A stretch of 64,000 bases of DNA from Camelus dromedarius (Eukaryota): NCBI RefSeq assembly GCF_036321535.1, contig NC_087436.1, positions 70,558,001 through 70,622,000 on the forward strand, written 5' to 3'. The position numbers were made by a program, and so were the translations under genes. Numbering within the stretch: position 1 is the stretch's first letter; each line of letters opens with the position of its first letter. The notes under the pieces were generated by a model, which saw only the letters and a list, made by a program, of their open reading frames with translations, was not told where the DNA came from and did no database searches. This document shows, piece by piece, positions 1 to 12,620 of the stretch.

Positions 1-94
1 TTTTGGGGCCTCATTCCATGAGACAGAAATTGTCTCTTATTCCCCTCTCTCAGGACCAATAACCCAGATATTAAAAGTCCTCTGCAAAGAACAC

Positions 95-603
95 TTTTTT
101 TATATTGAAGTCTAGTCAGTTTACAATGTTGTGTCAGTTTCTGGTGTAAAGCATAATGTTTTAGTCACACATATACATGCATATATTCGTTTTCATATTC
201 TTTTTCATTATAGGTTACTACAAGCCATTGAATAGAGTTCCCTGTGCTGTACAGAAGTAACTTGTTGTTGTAGTAGATAAACAAGATTGTACTGTGTAGC
301 ACAGGGAAATTATACAGGATCTTGTGGTGGCTCACAGTGAAAGAGAATGTGACAATGAATGTACGTATGTTTATGTATAACTGAAAAATTGTGCTCTACA
401 CTGGAATTTGACACAACATTGTAAAATGACTGTAACTCAATAAAAAAAAAGCTTTAGAAAAAAGAAGTAACTTCTTGTTTACTTATTTTATATATAGTAA
501 TTAGTATCTGCAAATCTTGAACTCCCAATTTATCCCTCCTCCTCCTTCCCCCTATCGTAACTGTAAGTTCGTTTTCTATGTCTGTGGGTCTGTTTCTGTT
601 TCT
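95..603 (-). mobile_element. L1 3'-end fragment (cetartiodactyl-type 3' UTR), interrupted by a second L1 fragment
   Basis: T-run followed by ttgaagtctagtcagtttacaatgttgtgtcagtttctggtgta...ttccctgtgctgtacag; resumes after 479 with tttatttttatatatagt...gttttctatgtctgtgggtctgtttctgtttt. Confidence 0.85.
270..462 (+). mobile_element. 5'-truncated L1 3' end nested in the previous L1, with target-site duplication
   Basis: actgtgtagcacagggaa...acaacattgtaaaatgactgtaactcAATAAA plus A-tail; flanked by agaagtaacttgttgtt (253-269) and agaagtaacttcttgtt (463-479), 16/17 identical. Confidence 0.88.
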
Positions 604-734
604 CTGTAAAGTATAATTTTCATTCATAAAACATTATCCAAAAGAAGACTCTAAAAGCAAAGACTTTTATTAGTATCTCCATTTCATTCTTTCTAACAGG
701 AGAAAACAGAGTCAGAATCATAATGGTGCAGCCT

Positions 735-905
735 GAGTTAAGTGTTGGGGAGACTGTGGCTTTGCTGCTAACTAGCTATTCCATTTTGGGCAAGTCGTGT
801 AGTCATGTCGTCTTCCCGAGCTTGAGTTTTCTGTTCTATGAAATGAAAGCCATACTAGGTTCATCCTCTCTAACATCATGTGTATCTTCTAGCTCTAAAG
901 TTCCA
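735..905 (+). mobile_element. MIR SINE fragment
   Basis: Core-like text actagcta...ttgggcaagtc...tcttcccgagcttgagttttctgttctatgaaatga, ending tctagctctaaagttcc. Boundaries approximate. Confidence 0.6.
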
Positions 906-1329
906 TCCCTGTGTGTATAATGGTGTAATCTGCTGTGACTAGGAGACCTACCTTGAATCCTACTTTGATCCTAAAATTCTGTGCCAGTGCCCGTATGGAG
1001 TAGAATTCAGGTACAGCGCTCTGTTTTTGCTTTCCATCAAATGCAGACTATTCTTTATTTTATATGCCCCCTGGTCCAGGCAATGTGAAGAGATCACAGC
1101 TCATTGTATAGGTAATTCAACATTTCATGAGATGGACACAGCACTTTCATTTTAGATTCTTAAAGGTTAAGATGGTCTTGAATACCGTGTTTAAAGACTG
1201 TCCTTGGGAGCATGTATGTCATTTCAGTGTTGTCATTGGTCCCTGAGAGAGTATACTGCTGGAGAGGAAGTGTAGTGGGAATGTCCTGTGTACCGGGAAG
1301 AGACATACTCACAGAGTCTACACTCTATA

Positions 1330-1530
1330 ACTTCTCCTCTATAGGACTTGCCACAATTACTATTAATCAACCATATATGCGATTTTTTTTTTCATTTTGT
1401 CTCCCTCGTTACACTAATTCATCTGAAGTCAGAGACCACCATGTCTGTCTTTCATTACTGTATTCCCAGTGCCTTGCAGCACTTGGCATAATAGGTCCTC
1501 AGTAACATTTGTTGAGTGTGATTAGTTGAG
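1330..1530 (+). mobile_element. L2 3'-end fragment
   Basis: tcattactgtattcccagtgccttgcagcacttggcataataggtcctcagtaacatttgttgagtg is a typical L2 terminus. Confidence 0.65.
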
Positions 1531-1749
1531 AACTGATTGCCTTAGAATCTACTGTTCTAAATATAATAATTTCTTAGAAATTTTACATGATTAGAGTTGA
1601 AATTCTGTGATAATCCATCTCTTTCTGACTGATGGCAGCTTAATGACAGACCCAAGGTACCCAGCACACCAAGTGTAAAGCCCAAAAGAGGACCTTTGTT
1701 TGATGTTTCAGACTAATTCATCAATATGCTGGTGCCATCTGTGTTTAGT

Positions 1750-2625
1750 TCTCTAGCCCAGACTTCTTGCCTTGTTTGATTGAAAACAAATGTTTGAATG
1801 GGCAATAGGCATCTGAGATCACATGTTGGAAACTGAGCTTCTGATCTACCCACCTCATACCTGCTTCTCCTACAGAATTCCCCACCGCAGTGAACAACTC
1901 CCTTTTTCTAGTTCCTTAAGCCAGAAAGATTGGAGTCTTCCTTGATGTCCATCTTTCTCTACATCGCTTACTCGATCCATTGGCAAACCCTATCTAGTTT
2001 ACGCTCAAGAGTTATTCGGATATTCAGAATCTCACCATATCTCACATTCAACACTGTCACTACAGTGGTTCAGGTCACCATTATTTCTCATCTAGATTAC
2101 TGCAAACACTTCCTAATTATACCATCTCCCTGAACCCGCCCTTCCCTCATGAACTATGCCCCGTGATCTCTTTGACCTCACCTCCTACTTCTCTCCCCCG
2201 CATCCGCTCTGCTCGAGCCTCACAGGCCCGATCAGGCTGCTGTGTCAGGGACTTCGCACTTGCTCTTCCCTGTGTCTGACATATTCTCCTTGCTGAACTG
2301 CTGTACCCCACAGTTCCCTGTATGGCTCATTTCCTCACCTCCTTCAGGCCTTTGTTCAGATGTGACCTTCTCAGTAGCTGCGTGATCTAAAACGGAAACT
2401 TCCCCCAAACCTTTCGACCCCTTGTCCTCCATTGTATTTATCCTTTGCACTGACCAGCATTTAACATATTCACATATCTTGTTGTTGTCTCCTCCCAATC
2501 AAATTAAAGTGCCACGAGGGCAGGAGCTTTTGGCTGTTCTGTTCACCACCGTATTCCCAGTGCCTACAACTACCTGGAACATAGGCCATAATCAAGAAAT
2601 GCATCTTTATAGAGTGAGTGAATAG
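1750..2625 (+). mobile_element. L2 (L2a-like) 3' region
   Basis: Degenerate L2 motifs (ggagtcttccttga; caccattatttctcatctagattactgcaa; ctcatttcctcacctccttcaggcctttgttcagatgtgaccttctcag; gtattcccagtgcct...gagtgagtgaa). Boundaries approximate. Confidence 0.8.
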
Positions 2626-3910
2626 AGACATGGACCCTTAGTTCTGAGTGTGTGACTCCACCTAAATTACGTTGGGAAGTTTGGAGGCGTTGTGCCTCCG
2701 GAAATGATTCAGATTTTCGGTGATTTTTGCTTCCTGTAACAGAACTCTGCTTCTGAATGTTTTTACAGCAATTTCTGACTCCCATTTACAATGTCCAGTT
2801 TCCAGACATGATAGGGCTATTCCACCCCCCCCCCCATGAAAAGCTCTCAAACCTTCTAGACTTGTAATAAAAGTTTACATTTGAAAATGCAGGGTGGATA
2901 TTTTTCTGGCTAACATAAAATGAAGAATTCCTTTCTTGGTGAAAACCCCAATTAAGTGGGCTGTTTTATTCCATAGAGAACTAACCCACCAGACTTCTCC
3001 AGCTTAATGTAGTTTCTGCTGTGAGCCCACATTCCCACAGAACACAACAGAACCCTCTTCGGTACTGTCCCTCTGGGTGTTCTGTACTTTTTTCCGTTGA
3101 CTCATGACTTGATTGACCAAGAATATCCTGCTTGAGTCTCAGCATTACTGGAGTTTTAGTTCTACTTCAGGAAGTTCAGGAAAAAAATAAGGAAAGTGGT
3201 TCCAGTGGTAGAGAAAATATCCCCATTTAAGTCTCAGAGAGCCACAGTAGTTATATAAAACCATAAACAGGGGAAGTCTTTATTTACGTGAAGTACAGCC
3301 AACTCTACCACCCTCTTCTTTCACATCGTTTCTCTGCTCTTCCCTTTCCTAAAAGTCAGGACTTTGAATTTTCACTGGCACTTCCAATAGAGAGCACAGG
3401 TTAAAGACTGTGCAAAGGGTAGAATGATCAGGACTGAGAAAGGCATATGAACAGGGAATGCAGAGAATATTCTTTTTAAAAAGAGTACTCCTAAGTGTGA
3501 GGTCATTAGGATACTGACATTCAGTGACATAGCAGTAGATGTAATGAAATATTTGGTATTAGTGAAGAAGTCTGTGCTTCTTATTAAGAATTTTTAGGTG
3601 GCTAGGCATTAGCTAATGGATTCATGAAGCAAACCAGTAAAAGAATAAGTCATGGTCCAGCTTTGGTGATGGCCCAAAGCCAGGAAGAAAGGCTATCGCT
3701 ACCCTCCACTGCTCCAAACCCTTTATTTCTTTGAGTCTGTGATGTCTGCAAGCCTGGTTATTGGCTTTCAGTTTCCCCTCAGTGAATATTCAGGTGGGCC
3801 ACTTTGGGTTTCATCACTGTTATAAGAACACATGTTAAAAGATCACATCCCCAATATGATCCACGTTTTACTGCCAAACCTGGGTGAAAAGGAAAGATGT
3901 CACAAGTTTC

Positions 3911-3940
3911 AACAAAGCCAACAAGCCAACAAGCCAACAA
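3911..3940. repeat. Short tandem repeat, about 3.5 copies of AACAAGCC
   Basis: aacaaagccaacaagccaacaagccaacaa read directly. Confidence 0.8.
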
Positions 3941-6292
3941 AGGAGAAGGGTGTTGATGTTTCAGTCCTAGTGGGACAGCACAGAAGGACCCCCATTCGTG
4001 TTTCTGCTCGGCAGAATGACTCTGCCTCCCCCGAAGAACCTGATTTCAGGGCCTGCCCATCAAACACGGTCACTTGTGCTTACCTTGGGACTTTGCAGAG
4101 GGACCTCTCTCTTTCCAGTCCACACTGCCTTCTCTGTGTCTCCTCTACTGGATTACACTGGAAAATTCCATTTCAGACCAAGTTTATTTGTTCTGTAAGA
4201 AAAAGTCTGAGGGAGAAGGAATTTAATCATCTATGTGATTATATGTGGTTACTACACTGTTTTGCAATAGCTTTTGCAGTTGATCTAGAAATTTAAGAAT
4301 TCTTAAAAACATCATTCATCCCAGATACACACTCATGTTGGCTTCTTTTATCTGTGATGAGGCACTTATCAGTTAGCAAGAAATTTATTATTGCTCTAAT
4401 AGTTTTATGTAGTTGGTTATATTCCAGGGCAAAGGTCAAGTCTATTTTCCACCATAAAATTGGCATGTTTTTAAGTGAGAGGTCTTGTCTTTTCTTAATT
4501 ATATTTAATCATATGATGGGAAAGTTGCAAAATTCAGTGATTCCCAGGGGGCCTTCTGTTTCTTCAACAAACTAGTGAAATGCTATCTGGTTGGCAGTCA
4601 CTCAGAGTGTGTTAAATTGCAATGTACTTTATCATTATTCTTCTAAGACCTTGGAATAAATAAACTTCACCTAATAAACTCCTCCTTCAAGGTTACAACA
4701 GTTTTGTAATTGCCAGCATTTAAAAAGCCAACTTCTGAAATTAATTTTCCTGTAACATGTCAAGTACTAAGACAAAAGGAAAAGTAGGAAACTTATTGCA
4801 AATATATGGTTACTCATAGTTATTATGAAGGATAGATAGTAGCTTTTAGTACATTTTACAATAAAAAAAAGTCTGGTTTTTTAAAAACATAATTACATGG
4901 TTCTAAGGCACCTTTACAAATTCACTGACACTCGAATAGGCTGAACTTTGGTACCTTTGCCTTAGCCTTTCCTATAATGGGTTCTGATTTGAACTGAGTA
5001 GTTTTCGGGTTTTTTTCCTCAAATTTGTCCTTGATCTGTGAGGAAGATAGACGTAGTATGGGTAGTTTCTGGGATGAAATTATCTGCAAACAGTCTGTTT
5101 CAATGGGCAAACCATTACTTTATGCCTGAAGCAGTATGTTGGATGTACAGTCAGTTCCTTGAACAATTTGAGCAATGCCTTTTAAAGGAATTTAATAGTC
5201 ATCATCCCAGAGTTCCTCTTGTGCTATTCTCTGTGCTGTGCTGTGACATCATCACCGCATTCAATATTTACTGAACTCAAAGTGAAAGAGATGCTTCAAC
5301 TGAACTATGAGATAGTACTTATCCTTTAGGAATGTAGATGCTAAGGAACTGGCTGGTTCTGAGGCTACATTTCCATTCCATTATGGTTAAATCTTGACCA
5401 AATCTTGGCTGCTATAATCCAGGAGGGTGAGTAATACTATTCCGTAAATCTAAGCTAGTTGGGGTTTATTATTTCTAATGTACTTTTAGAACTTGTTCAA
5501 AAATCACATTCAAGATAAATTGTAGAGAGGAATGAAGTAAGAGATAAGTCAAAAAAGAATGCAGTGGTTTTGCTACTTTTTTCTTTTTTTAAAGAAAATT
5601 TTATTAAACTTACATAGTGTTGACAGTGGAGGATGATGCCAAAAACAAGCCTACTGTCACACATTGTATGTAAGAAAGGCTTAGTTTTCTTTTACGAAGT
5701 GCATTTGGCCATAGAGATTTATGGCAACGGACAGAAGGGCAACTGGTTATCATTTAGTAAAGATAAGAGGGGTGTGAAGGCTGTATGTATAAAACACTCC
5801 CCTGTACTGAGTTTCTAGTCAGTTTCTAGCTGATCCTTGTCATTCTTCTTGGACTGAAATTTTGTGACCAAAGATTCTATCCCTCAGCTAATAAGAATAC
5901 TCTTAGGAATAAAAACAAGGTCACTGCACTCTCGATAAATAACATGATTATATGTAACCCTGACTAGGTTTCATATACTATGGAATCTTCTATCTTCTAG
6001 AGTCTCACCTTAAGCAATAAATTATAACATCAAATGTAAATGTGGTTCAGATACTAGTTACCAACAAACATGGCTAGAGAGTCTGTGAGTGAGCCTGAAA
6101 AGATAATATGCTTAAAGTTAGCCAATGTAATACAGTCCATAAGATAATTACTCTCAAAATAACCCTATTACCCTTTATCGTTTTGGCAAATCCATAGAAT
6201 TCTGTTCTATGAGTGTGATGTAAAATCGTCATTTTTCTCTCACTTCCCTCTATTTCTGTGTTTCTAATACCAGCCGACCTGAAGAACTACTA

Positions 6293-6295
<3 letters not shown>

Positions 6296-6353
<58 letters not shown>
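6296..6353. repeat. (CA)29 perfect microsatellite
   Basis: Uninterrupted CA run of 58 nt. Confidence 0.98.
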
Positions 6354-6355
<2 letters not shown>

Positions 6356-7852
6356 GGGTCTTTCAGAATGTTTCACAACCACTTTCGTATAAATAAACAA
6401 GATCCAGTTCTGGAGTTTTAGAAGCTCTTTGGTGTTGGCTTTTTACTGTGAGGAAAACATAAAAGCCTCCACCGCCTGCATCTTTGGGGACACAGGGGAA
6501 AGGAGGAGGGTCTTAGAACTGGGGGTGAGGATGGGGATAAGGTTGCCGTTGAAGCATGGGAGTTTCCTGACCAGGAGAGGGAGGAGAGAGATTTGGGATA
6601 CGGCCGATACGCTTCTGAATCACATGAGTGTCTGGCTTGATTAAAATTCTGAGTTCCCTTTGACATTGTGGCTGATCTCTTGATCTGTTTTCACTCCTGG
6701 TTCTACTAATGTGGGTTTTTTTTTTTTTTTTTTGACTCGTCTGGGGTGGTGAGCAGTCTATAAATAATACCTTATGTAGAGCTTCCTCTGATCTCTGCCC
6801 TTTGTTCTCCTCTTTAGTGAATTGGGTGAGTGTTTAGCTTTTTCTGGGAAAACATTTTTCAATCATTAAACCTTTGGGTGAAGAATGCAGAAAAACAATT
6901 TTTAACCCCCTCTTTATCTTGTTCAGTATCTTTCGGAGGTTTGAAGTGACAGAAAGCAGCATTTCTCTTTGAGTCGTAATGAATAGCAAAATGACCATGC
7001 TTTCCTGTTTTTCTTTACCAGTGTAGGAAGAATAGGTATGTGTGATACGCGGGATTAAACTTTCCTCATTCCCATATGTTGCTGAGTTATCAAAGTGCCT
7101 ACAGTTAGAAAGAAGAAGCTGTGAAAGGGGGTTGTTTGCTCCATCGCTAAGGTTAACAAGAGACCTGTTATTATCAGAATAGATGCATTATTTGCTGAGC
7201 TTGTGTACTTTTAAACACACATGGAGCCAAACTTGAAGGATCGAGCTTCCATTAGCATCTCAACGAGAAGGGAACATGTCAGCTGAGATACACATTAAAG
7301 TTAGACACAGCAACACACGCTGGCCTTCTTTAAGCATTAAAGGGAATTTTGTATCTGACCACTTCACACACTGTATTTTCAAATATTTAAGATAAGCATC
7401 AGTTCTTAACTGATATTTCACCTTGTGTAAACTTGCCTTGTGAAGTCACTACAGAATTCTCACAATGTTGGTTATTTTTACATACTGTAGGCTCTACCCC
7501 CATGGAGAATTTGCAGTGCATATTTTTCCTACATTATTTAAAAAACTGGGATCAATAATCATTCTTAACGACTTCACGTCTACATAGAGACAGATAGGAA
7601 ACCAAGGAGGCGGCGTTGGCTCCTTTCGGTTTGTTTTCTTTCTCTCTAACATCGGGGGGAGGAGCAGTCTAGTGACTCTGTTTGGCGTATTTATAAAGGT
7701 AATGCAGTTAATGATGTAATAAGCTTTTAAAACTCCACAAAAGATGACATTTTGGGCGTGCTGGTGGGAGTGGAGCTGGAGGGGTTGGTGTTGCTTTTTC
7801 CAGAGGCGGTTAGAACACTTTTAACAGCTGCTCACTAATCTCTTGTTTGTAG

Positions 7853-8013
7853 GTGGATTAAGTTTGAAGAAAAAGTGGAACAGGGTGGGGAGAGATGGAG
7901 CAAGCCCCACGTGGCCACCTTGTCCCTGCACAGCCTGTTTGAGCTGAGGACCTGCATGGAGAAGGGCTCCATCATGCTGGACAGGGAGGCTGCGTCTCTG
8001 CCACAGTTGGTGG
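7853..8013 (+). CDS. SLC4A4: SLC4A4/NBCe1 internal coding exon (probably exon 5), N-terminal cytoplasmic domain: (R)[53 protein letters not shown](E)
   Basis: Acceptor tcttgtttgtAG (7851-7852) with branch-like cactaat upstream; donor G|GTAAGT at 8014. 161 nt, phase 2 to phase 1. The peptide carries the SLC4 signature RWIKFEE...[19 protein letters not shown] and the NBCe1-type [14 protein letters not shown]. Confidence 0.97.
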
Positions 8014-8439
8014 GTAAGTATGTCGCTTTATGTGCCTGTCCTTTCTGCAGCCCTACCTGCCCACCCACGAGTCTCTGTCCGTGCACCTGACTCCTAGTGT
8101 CAGCAGAGTTGAATATTCTCAAAAGTTTATTCTCTCTGTTTTATATTATAAAACTAGTAAGGTTTATTGCAGAAAGTTTGGAAAATACAGGCAAATATTG
8201 AGAAAAATAATCACCCATCATACCTCCATCCAGATATAGCCATTGGTAACATTTTGGCATTTTTCCATCCAGTTTTGTTTCTCCGTCTTCTCTCCTATGC
8301 TTTTCACTTTTACGTGATTTTTAAAATTACAATTGGGACCATATTTATATGTGCAGATTTGCATTCCTTCACTTATTAGCATAAAATTAATATTTGGAAT
8401 GGAGCCCCTCACCCCTCCACCTTGGTTATATGGGACTGG

Positions 8440-8570
8440 AGTCTGGACAATAGATTTCTAGAACTCCTTGACCTTAGACATTGCACTGAGCTTCTCTGGG
8501 CCTCAGTTTTGTCATCTGTAAAATAGGGTTTAAATCCTCTGGGAGAAGGAAACTGGTCTAGTTCTAGTCC
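8440..8570 (+). mobile_element. MIR fragment
   Basis: tgaccttagacattgcactgagcttctctgggcctcagttttgtcatctgtaaaataggg (MIR core). Confidence 0.7.
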
Positions 8571-10099
8571 TTGAATTGGGGTGATTTCGTAGGTGGAAGT
8601 CAAGCTCCTTTAGCTGTATGTAGAGAAAGGTTAGATGGGGGCAAGGAGCCAGTGGAACCATACGGATTAGTAACTGAGTCAGGTCAAGCTGATGCCAAGT
8701 ATCATTTGTACAACCCCCAGTGAGTCACTGAACCTCGTGGTGCAGGGCAGCGTTGGCATCTTGGTAATTAGCGTTGTGCAGCAAATGTTAACTCGTTAAG
8801 TTGAACACCTTGGGCACATATCACTACATTCCAAAGAGTAGTAATTGTTTTCATTTTCTAGAAAGAGCCTGGCCTAAGCTGCCTTATTACCCTTCAAATC
8901 TAGTTGTGCTGAAGATCATGTTTTCCTTAAGAAGAGATACAGGGGCTCTGCTTCTTGGTCCTAGGACAGTTCCATGACTCACTGACCACTGGACCTGTAG
9001 GAATGACCGCACTTCCTTAAGGGGTCTGCAGTGTGCCTGCTTTGGGACTGTGGGAAGAGAATGTGGATCATGGCCCCACTGACCCATGTAAAATTCCTGT
9101 GTAGTTTCAAAATTTCATTGAGTAGCTGTAGGCAAAGAGCTTGTCTGTGGCATCTGTGTCCTTATAGACCATGGGAAGGCTACAGCATTTGTATTGGAAG
9201 AGAAGATTAGTTCTCACATCAGGCGTATGTCTTACTTACTTATACATATCCAGTTTTTCTTCGGAAAGCTTGTTAGTTAGATTTGCAAAGAAGCCCCATA
9301 CTGTCCGTGCATCAGAGATGCTCAAGGTGCAAGTGGAGAAGGGAAGAGTGATGTGAAGATGCTGAGTGGCCAGAATTAATTGGGTCATACATTTACTCAG
9401 CAACGGTACATGAGCGTCTACAGTGTGCCAGACTCTATTCTAGGCCCTGGAATTAAATTTGCAAATCCACCACTTTGTAAATGGGATGAGTTACAAATCC
9501 ACATCCACATGGACAGTGAGAAGATAATGTAGGAAATACTGCTCTTTGTAGAATTTTTCATGTCCGACAACACAGGTGAGGCGGAAAGTGGATGCTTGAT
9601 GTATGAGGAGAGGTCCTGGCTGACTGTACCCAGGGAAGGTGAAGCCCAGCTGCAGAGACCGAGAAGCAAAGGGGAGGGATGGTTTCCCAGGCGATTTGTT
9701 TCACTGACTTTTCTTCATTTGTTAAAATCTGTGAGAAAGATTGTTACCCAAAAAAGTATCCTGGTTAGCAAAAATCAGTCCAGTTTTTGAGTGAGAATTG
9801 CAATTTCTGTTTTCAGACTTTAAAAACTAACCTGGGGTAAAGATGTCTCAAGTTAGAAGTCAGAAGTGCATAAACGCAGGGCAAAGTCAAAATTAAACTG
9901 GTGATGGGGCAACAGGGAGAGAGTATGTGTCGTGGCTTAAGGGTCACCAGAAAGTTTCCTACATTGAAAAGAAAAAGGCCTATCATATACCATGGTTACT
10001 TCCTGAAATTCCACCATTTGGAAGTTCATCTCACTGAGCCCAGGGTTTGCTCTCTATGAAAATGCACATGCTCTCCGGCATCTTCAGCCCATGAGATGC

Positions 10100-10270
10100 A
10101 GGGTGGTGGTACAGAAAGAGTGGTGCGTTTAAAGTTGACAGGGTGGTTAAAGTCTACGCCTATGGACAAGGGGCGTCACCTAACCCTTTAACAGTCTCTG
10201 TTTCTCACCTGTAGAATGTGGATGAAGGGAGACCTCTCAGGGTTGTTGTGAGAATTGAATGAGGACCTCA
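10100..10270 (+). mobile_element. MIR fragment
   Basis: gtctctgtttctcacctgtagaatg...acctctcagggttgttgtgagaattgaatgag. Confidence 0.7.
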
Positions 10271-11929
10271 GCTGTAACTGGTCCTTCCTTGCACGACTGT
10301 CCCAGTATAAATGAGTTTATCCAGATCTTTCTACATGTCACCTTGTGGGGGCAGAGTACAGACTGGGTCAGGCTGAGAGATGCTCAGGGACTTCACCAGC
10401 AGGAGAAAAGATTCTGAAAGGTGCAGTGGATGGAGCTAGAAACAGCTTCACAGCTTCTTTGCTGTGCCTGGAGCTGATCAACAAGGGTGACCCGTTAAAG
10501 TCAATTGATAAACTTGGGCTTTTCTGTAAAACTGTCTCTGGGATCTTCAGTGCCAGAAAGAGCTACTTTAAGGAGTTTCTGACCTTTGGTTACTAGCTGA
10601 CCCTTTTCCATGTGGTAGAAGACAGAGTCCCACATTATACTGGAAACTTGTTAGCCAATGACCAAAGAAATGGAGAGTTCTTAGTATATTTAAGAAAAAT
10701 TTATCAAGCATTTTACATTCACACTTTAGTTTTCATTACTTCTTATTATCAGCTGTGGCTTTTTCCTCTAACCACCATACATTTACTTTAATAATGTCAT
10801 TAAGGTTTAAACTTGAACACCACTAGGTCACTTTGAGGCATCATCATGCAGTACTGAGTTTGCTCTGCCGCCCCAGAGGCAAGCAGGCAGAGAGTCAGCA
10901 TTGTCATTCTGGAGCTGATAATACAGAAAAACAGTTCAGAGGCAAATAACACACATTACAAGCAAAACGAAGAAAGAAAGAAAAATGGACAATATTTGGA
11001 GGAGCGGGGGGAGAAGAGTGTGTTTGAGTGAGTGTAAGTGGCTGAAAAGCAATGCTTAAAAATCCTCTGAAAGAATCAAAACCTTATAGCAGGTTAAAAA
11101 ACATGCAAGAAAAAGAGAATGCCTTTATTTCAGGTGACCAAAAATGTCACGGTAACTTGATGAGCTACTGTCATTATTTGTTGATTAAAAAAATATTTTT
11201 CTGGCAAAGGGTGAAGGGAAGTTGTCTCGTGAAGGGTGCTGTTAATTCCGAGTTGAGAATTCTGTGCATCTAAGTCTTAAGATGCATTACCCCTTCACCC
11301 CAGTTTTATTTCAACAAATGAGAAGAAAAAGAAATCATGGCGAGTGTGACTATATCAAATGAATGATGGCATGATTTCTATTTTTCTTTGCAGTCCACCT
11401 GCTACTCCTTCTCAGTGGCCTGCCCGAGGGGCCCCTCCCTCTGCAGGTGCAAAACTACCGCCACGTGGGGGCCACGAGTAGTGGGCCCCTGCTTCAGCAG
11501 ATGTCACTTCTCACACTTGTATAAAAAATTCAGCACTATTCTGATTCTCCTCAGGACCTCTCCTAGTTTTCTTCATGAAGCTCCCTTTCTGAACACTAAT
11601 AGAAAATTTTTTTATTTACAGGATAAAACATCACTTTTATGGGTTATTTTGATAGCTTATTATTGCTATCATATTATAGTTTTACATTTAAAGGGTGCCA
11701 TTCATATACGAAGCCAAGTACAAGGGAGTTTTCCTCCCTTCCTGAGTTAAAAAAAAATTTATAAGCCATTTCAGGTACTTTATTATGATGGGAAATGGAT
11801 TAGGAAAATGTAGATCTATTTTTGGAATTCTCATCTTTATATTTAAAGGCATTCCTGAGCCGTGCATGTTGGCAGATGTGTTAGTCATGTTGTTTCTTGC
11901 TTTTAACACCTTTTATATTTTCAAAATGG

Positions 11930-12620
11930 TAATAAATTTTTTTATCACAAAACTAAAATATGTCCATTTTTAGTAATGCAGAAAAATATAGCCTACAAAA
12001 GTCAAAATACCTCTAATCTTATCTTTCAGAGCTAACCTGCCAGCAGTTTTCTGTACATCTCTGTTTACACATATGAAATTTATTTTACAAAATGGGATCA
12101 GGCTATATAACCCTCAATCTGGCCTTTTAAACCTAAAAACATGAATAATTCCATATTATTAAATATAAATATCATTTTAATGGCTGCAAAATAGTCAATA
12201 ATCTATAATTGGGCATTTAAATTGCCTTCAGGTGTTTATTATAAAGAAAAGAAATAAACATTACTGGGTTTTTTTGGTGTGTATGTGCATGAAATAGATT
12301 ACTTCTTGATTATAGATTTCTAAAGATGAAATGTTCAAAGGGTTTGAACATTTGAAAGGGCTTTGTTCTTTATTGGCCAAGTGGCCTTCAAGAAACGTTG
12401 TACTGGTTATTTCTGTCATTATCAGTGTGCAGCCTTGCCTCTTGCATACAGTGTTCACATCACTGAGGACTAGTCTTAAATTTTGCCACTTTGATAGATT
12501 AACAGATATAATTGGTTAAATTTCTATAAATTTGTTTAAATTGTGTGTTAGTCTTGAAGTTGAATATTTATTGGGCCTTTGTTATTTCTTTTAAGAACAT
12601 TTGTCGACTTTGACCTTGTT
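11930..12620 (-). mobile_element. Old, highly diverged L1 (L1ME-like) 3' fragment
   Basis: AT-rich with antisense old-L1 motifs (tttacaaaatgggatca; ttttaatggctgcaaaatagt; gggcatttaaattg; atagatttctaaagatgaaatg; attttgccact). Boundaries uncertain. Confidence 0.5.

Noticed and set aside
3832..4296. 154-aa ORF, longest in the track
   Set aside because: No recognisable domain, includes a simple repeat, no convincing splice boundaries; consistent with a chance intronic ORF.
7816..7827. cacttttaacag as a U12-type branch site or alternative acceptor
   Set aside because: Poor match to TCCTTAAC, and use of this AG would add 25 nt and break the frame; the ordinary acceptor at 7852 explains the exon.
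1..7852. Preceding SLC4A4 exon and the kidney NBCe1-A alternative first exon/promoter
   Set aside because: I looked for sequence encoding ...ERIRFILGEEDD...EWKETA and did not find it; it presumably lies upstream of the window.
8014..8090. Extension of ORF 7875-8090 past the donor, and similarly the ends of ORF 16272-16574
   Set aside because: NBCe1 similarity stops at the GT/AG boundaries; these parts are intronic read-through.
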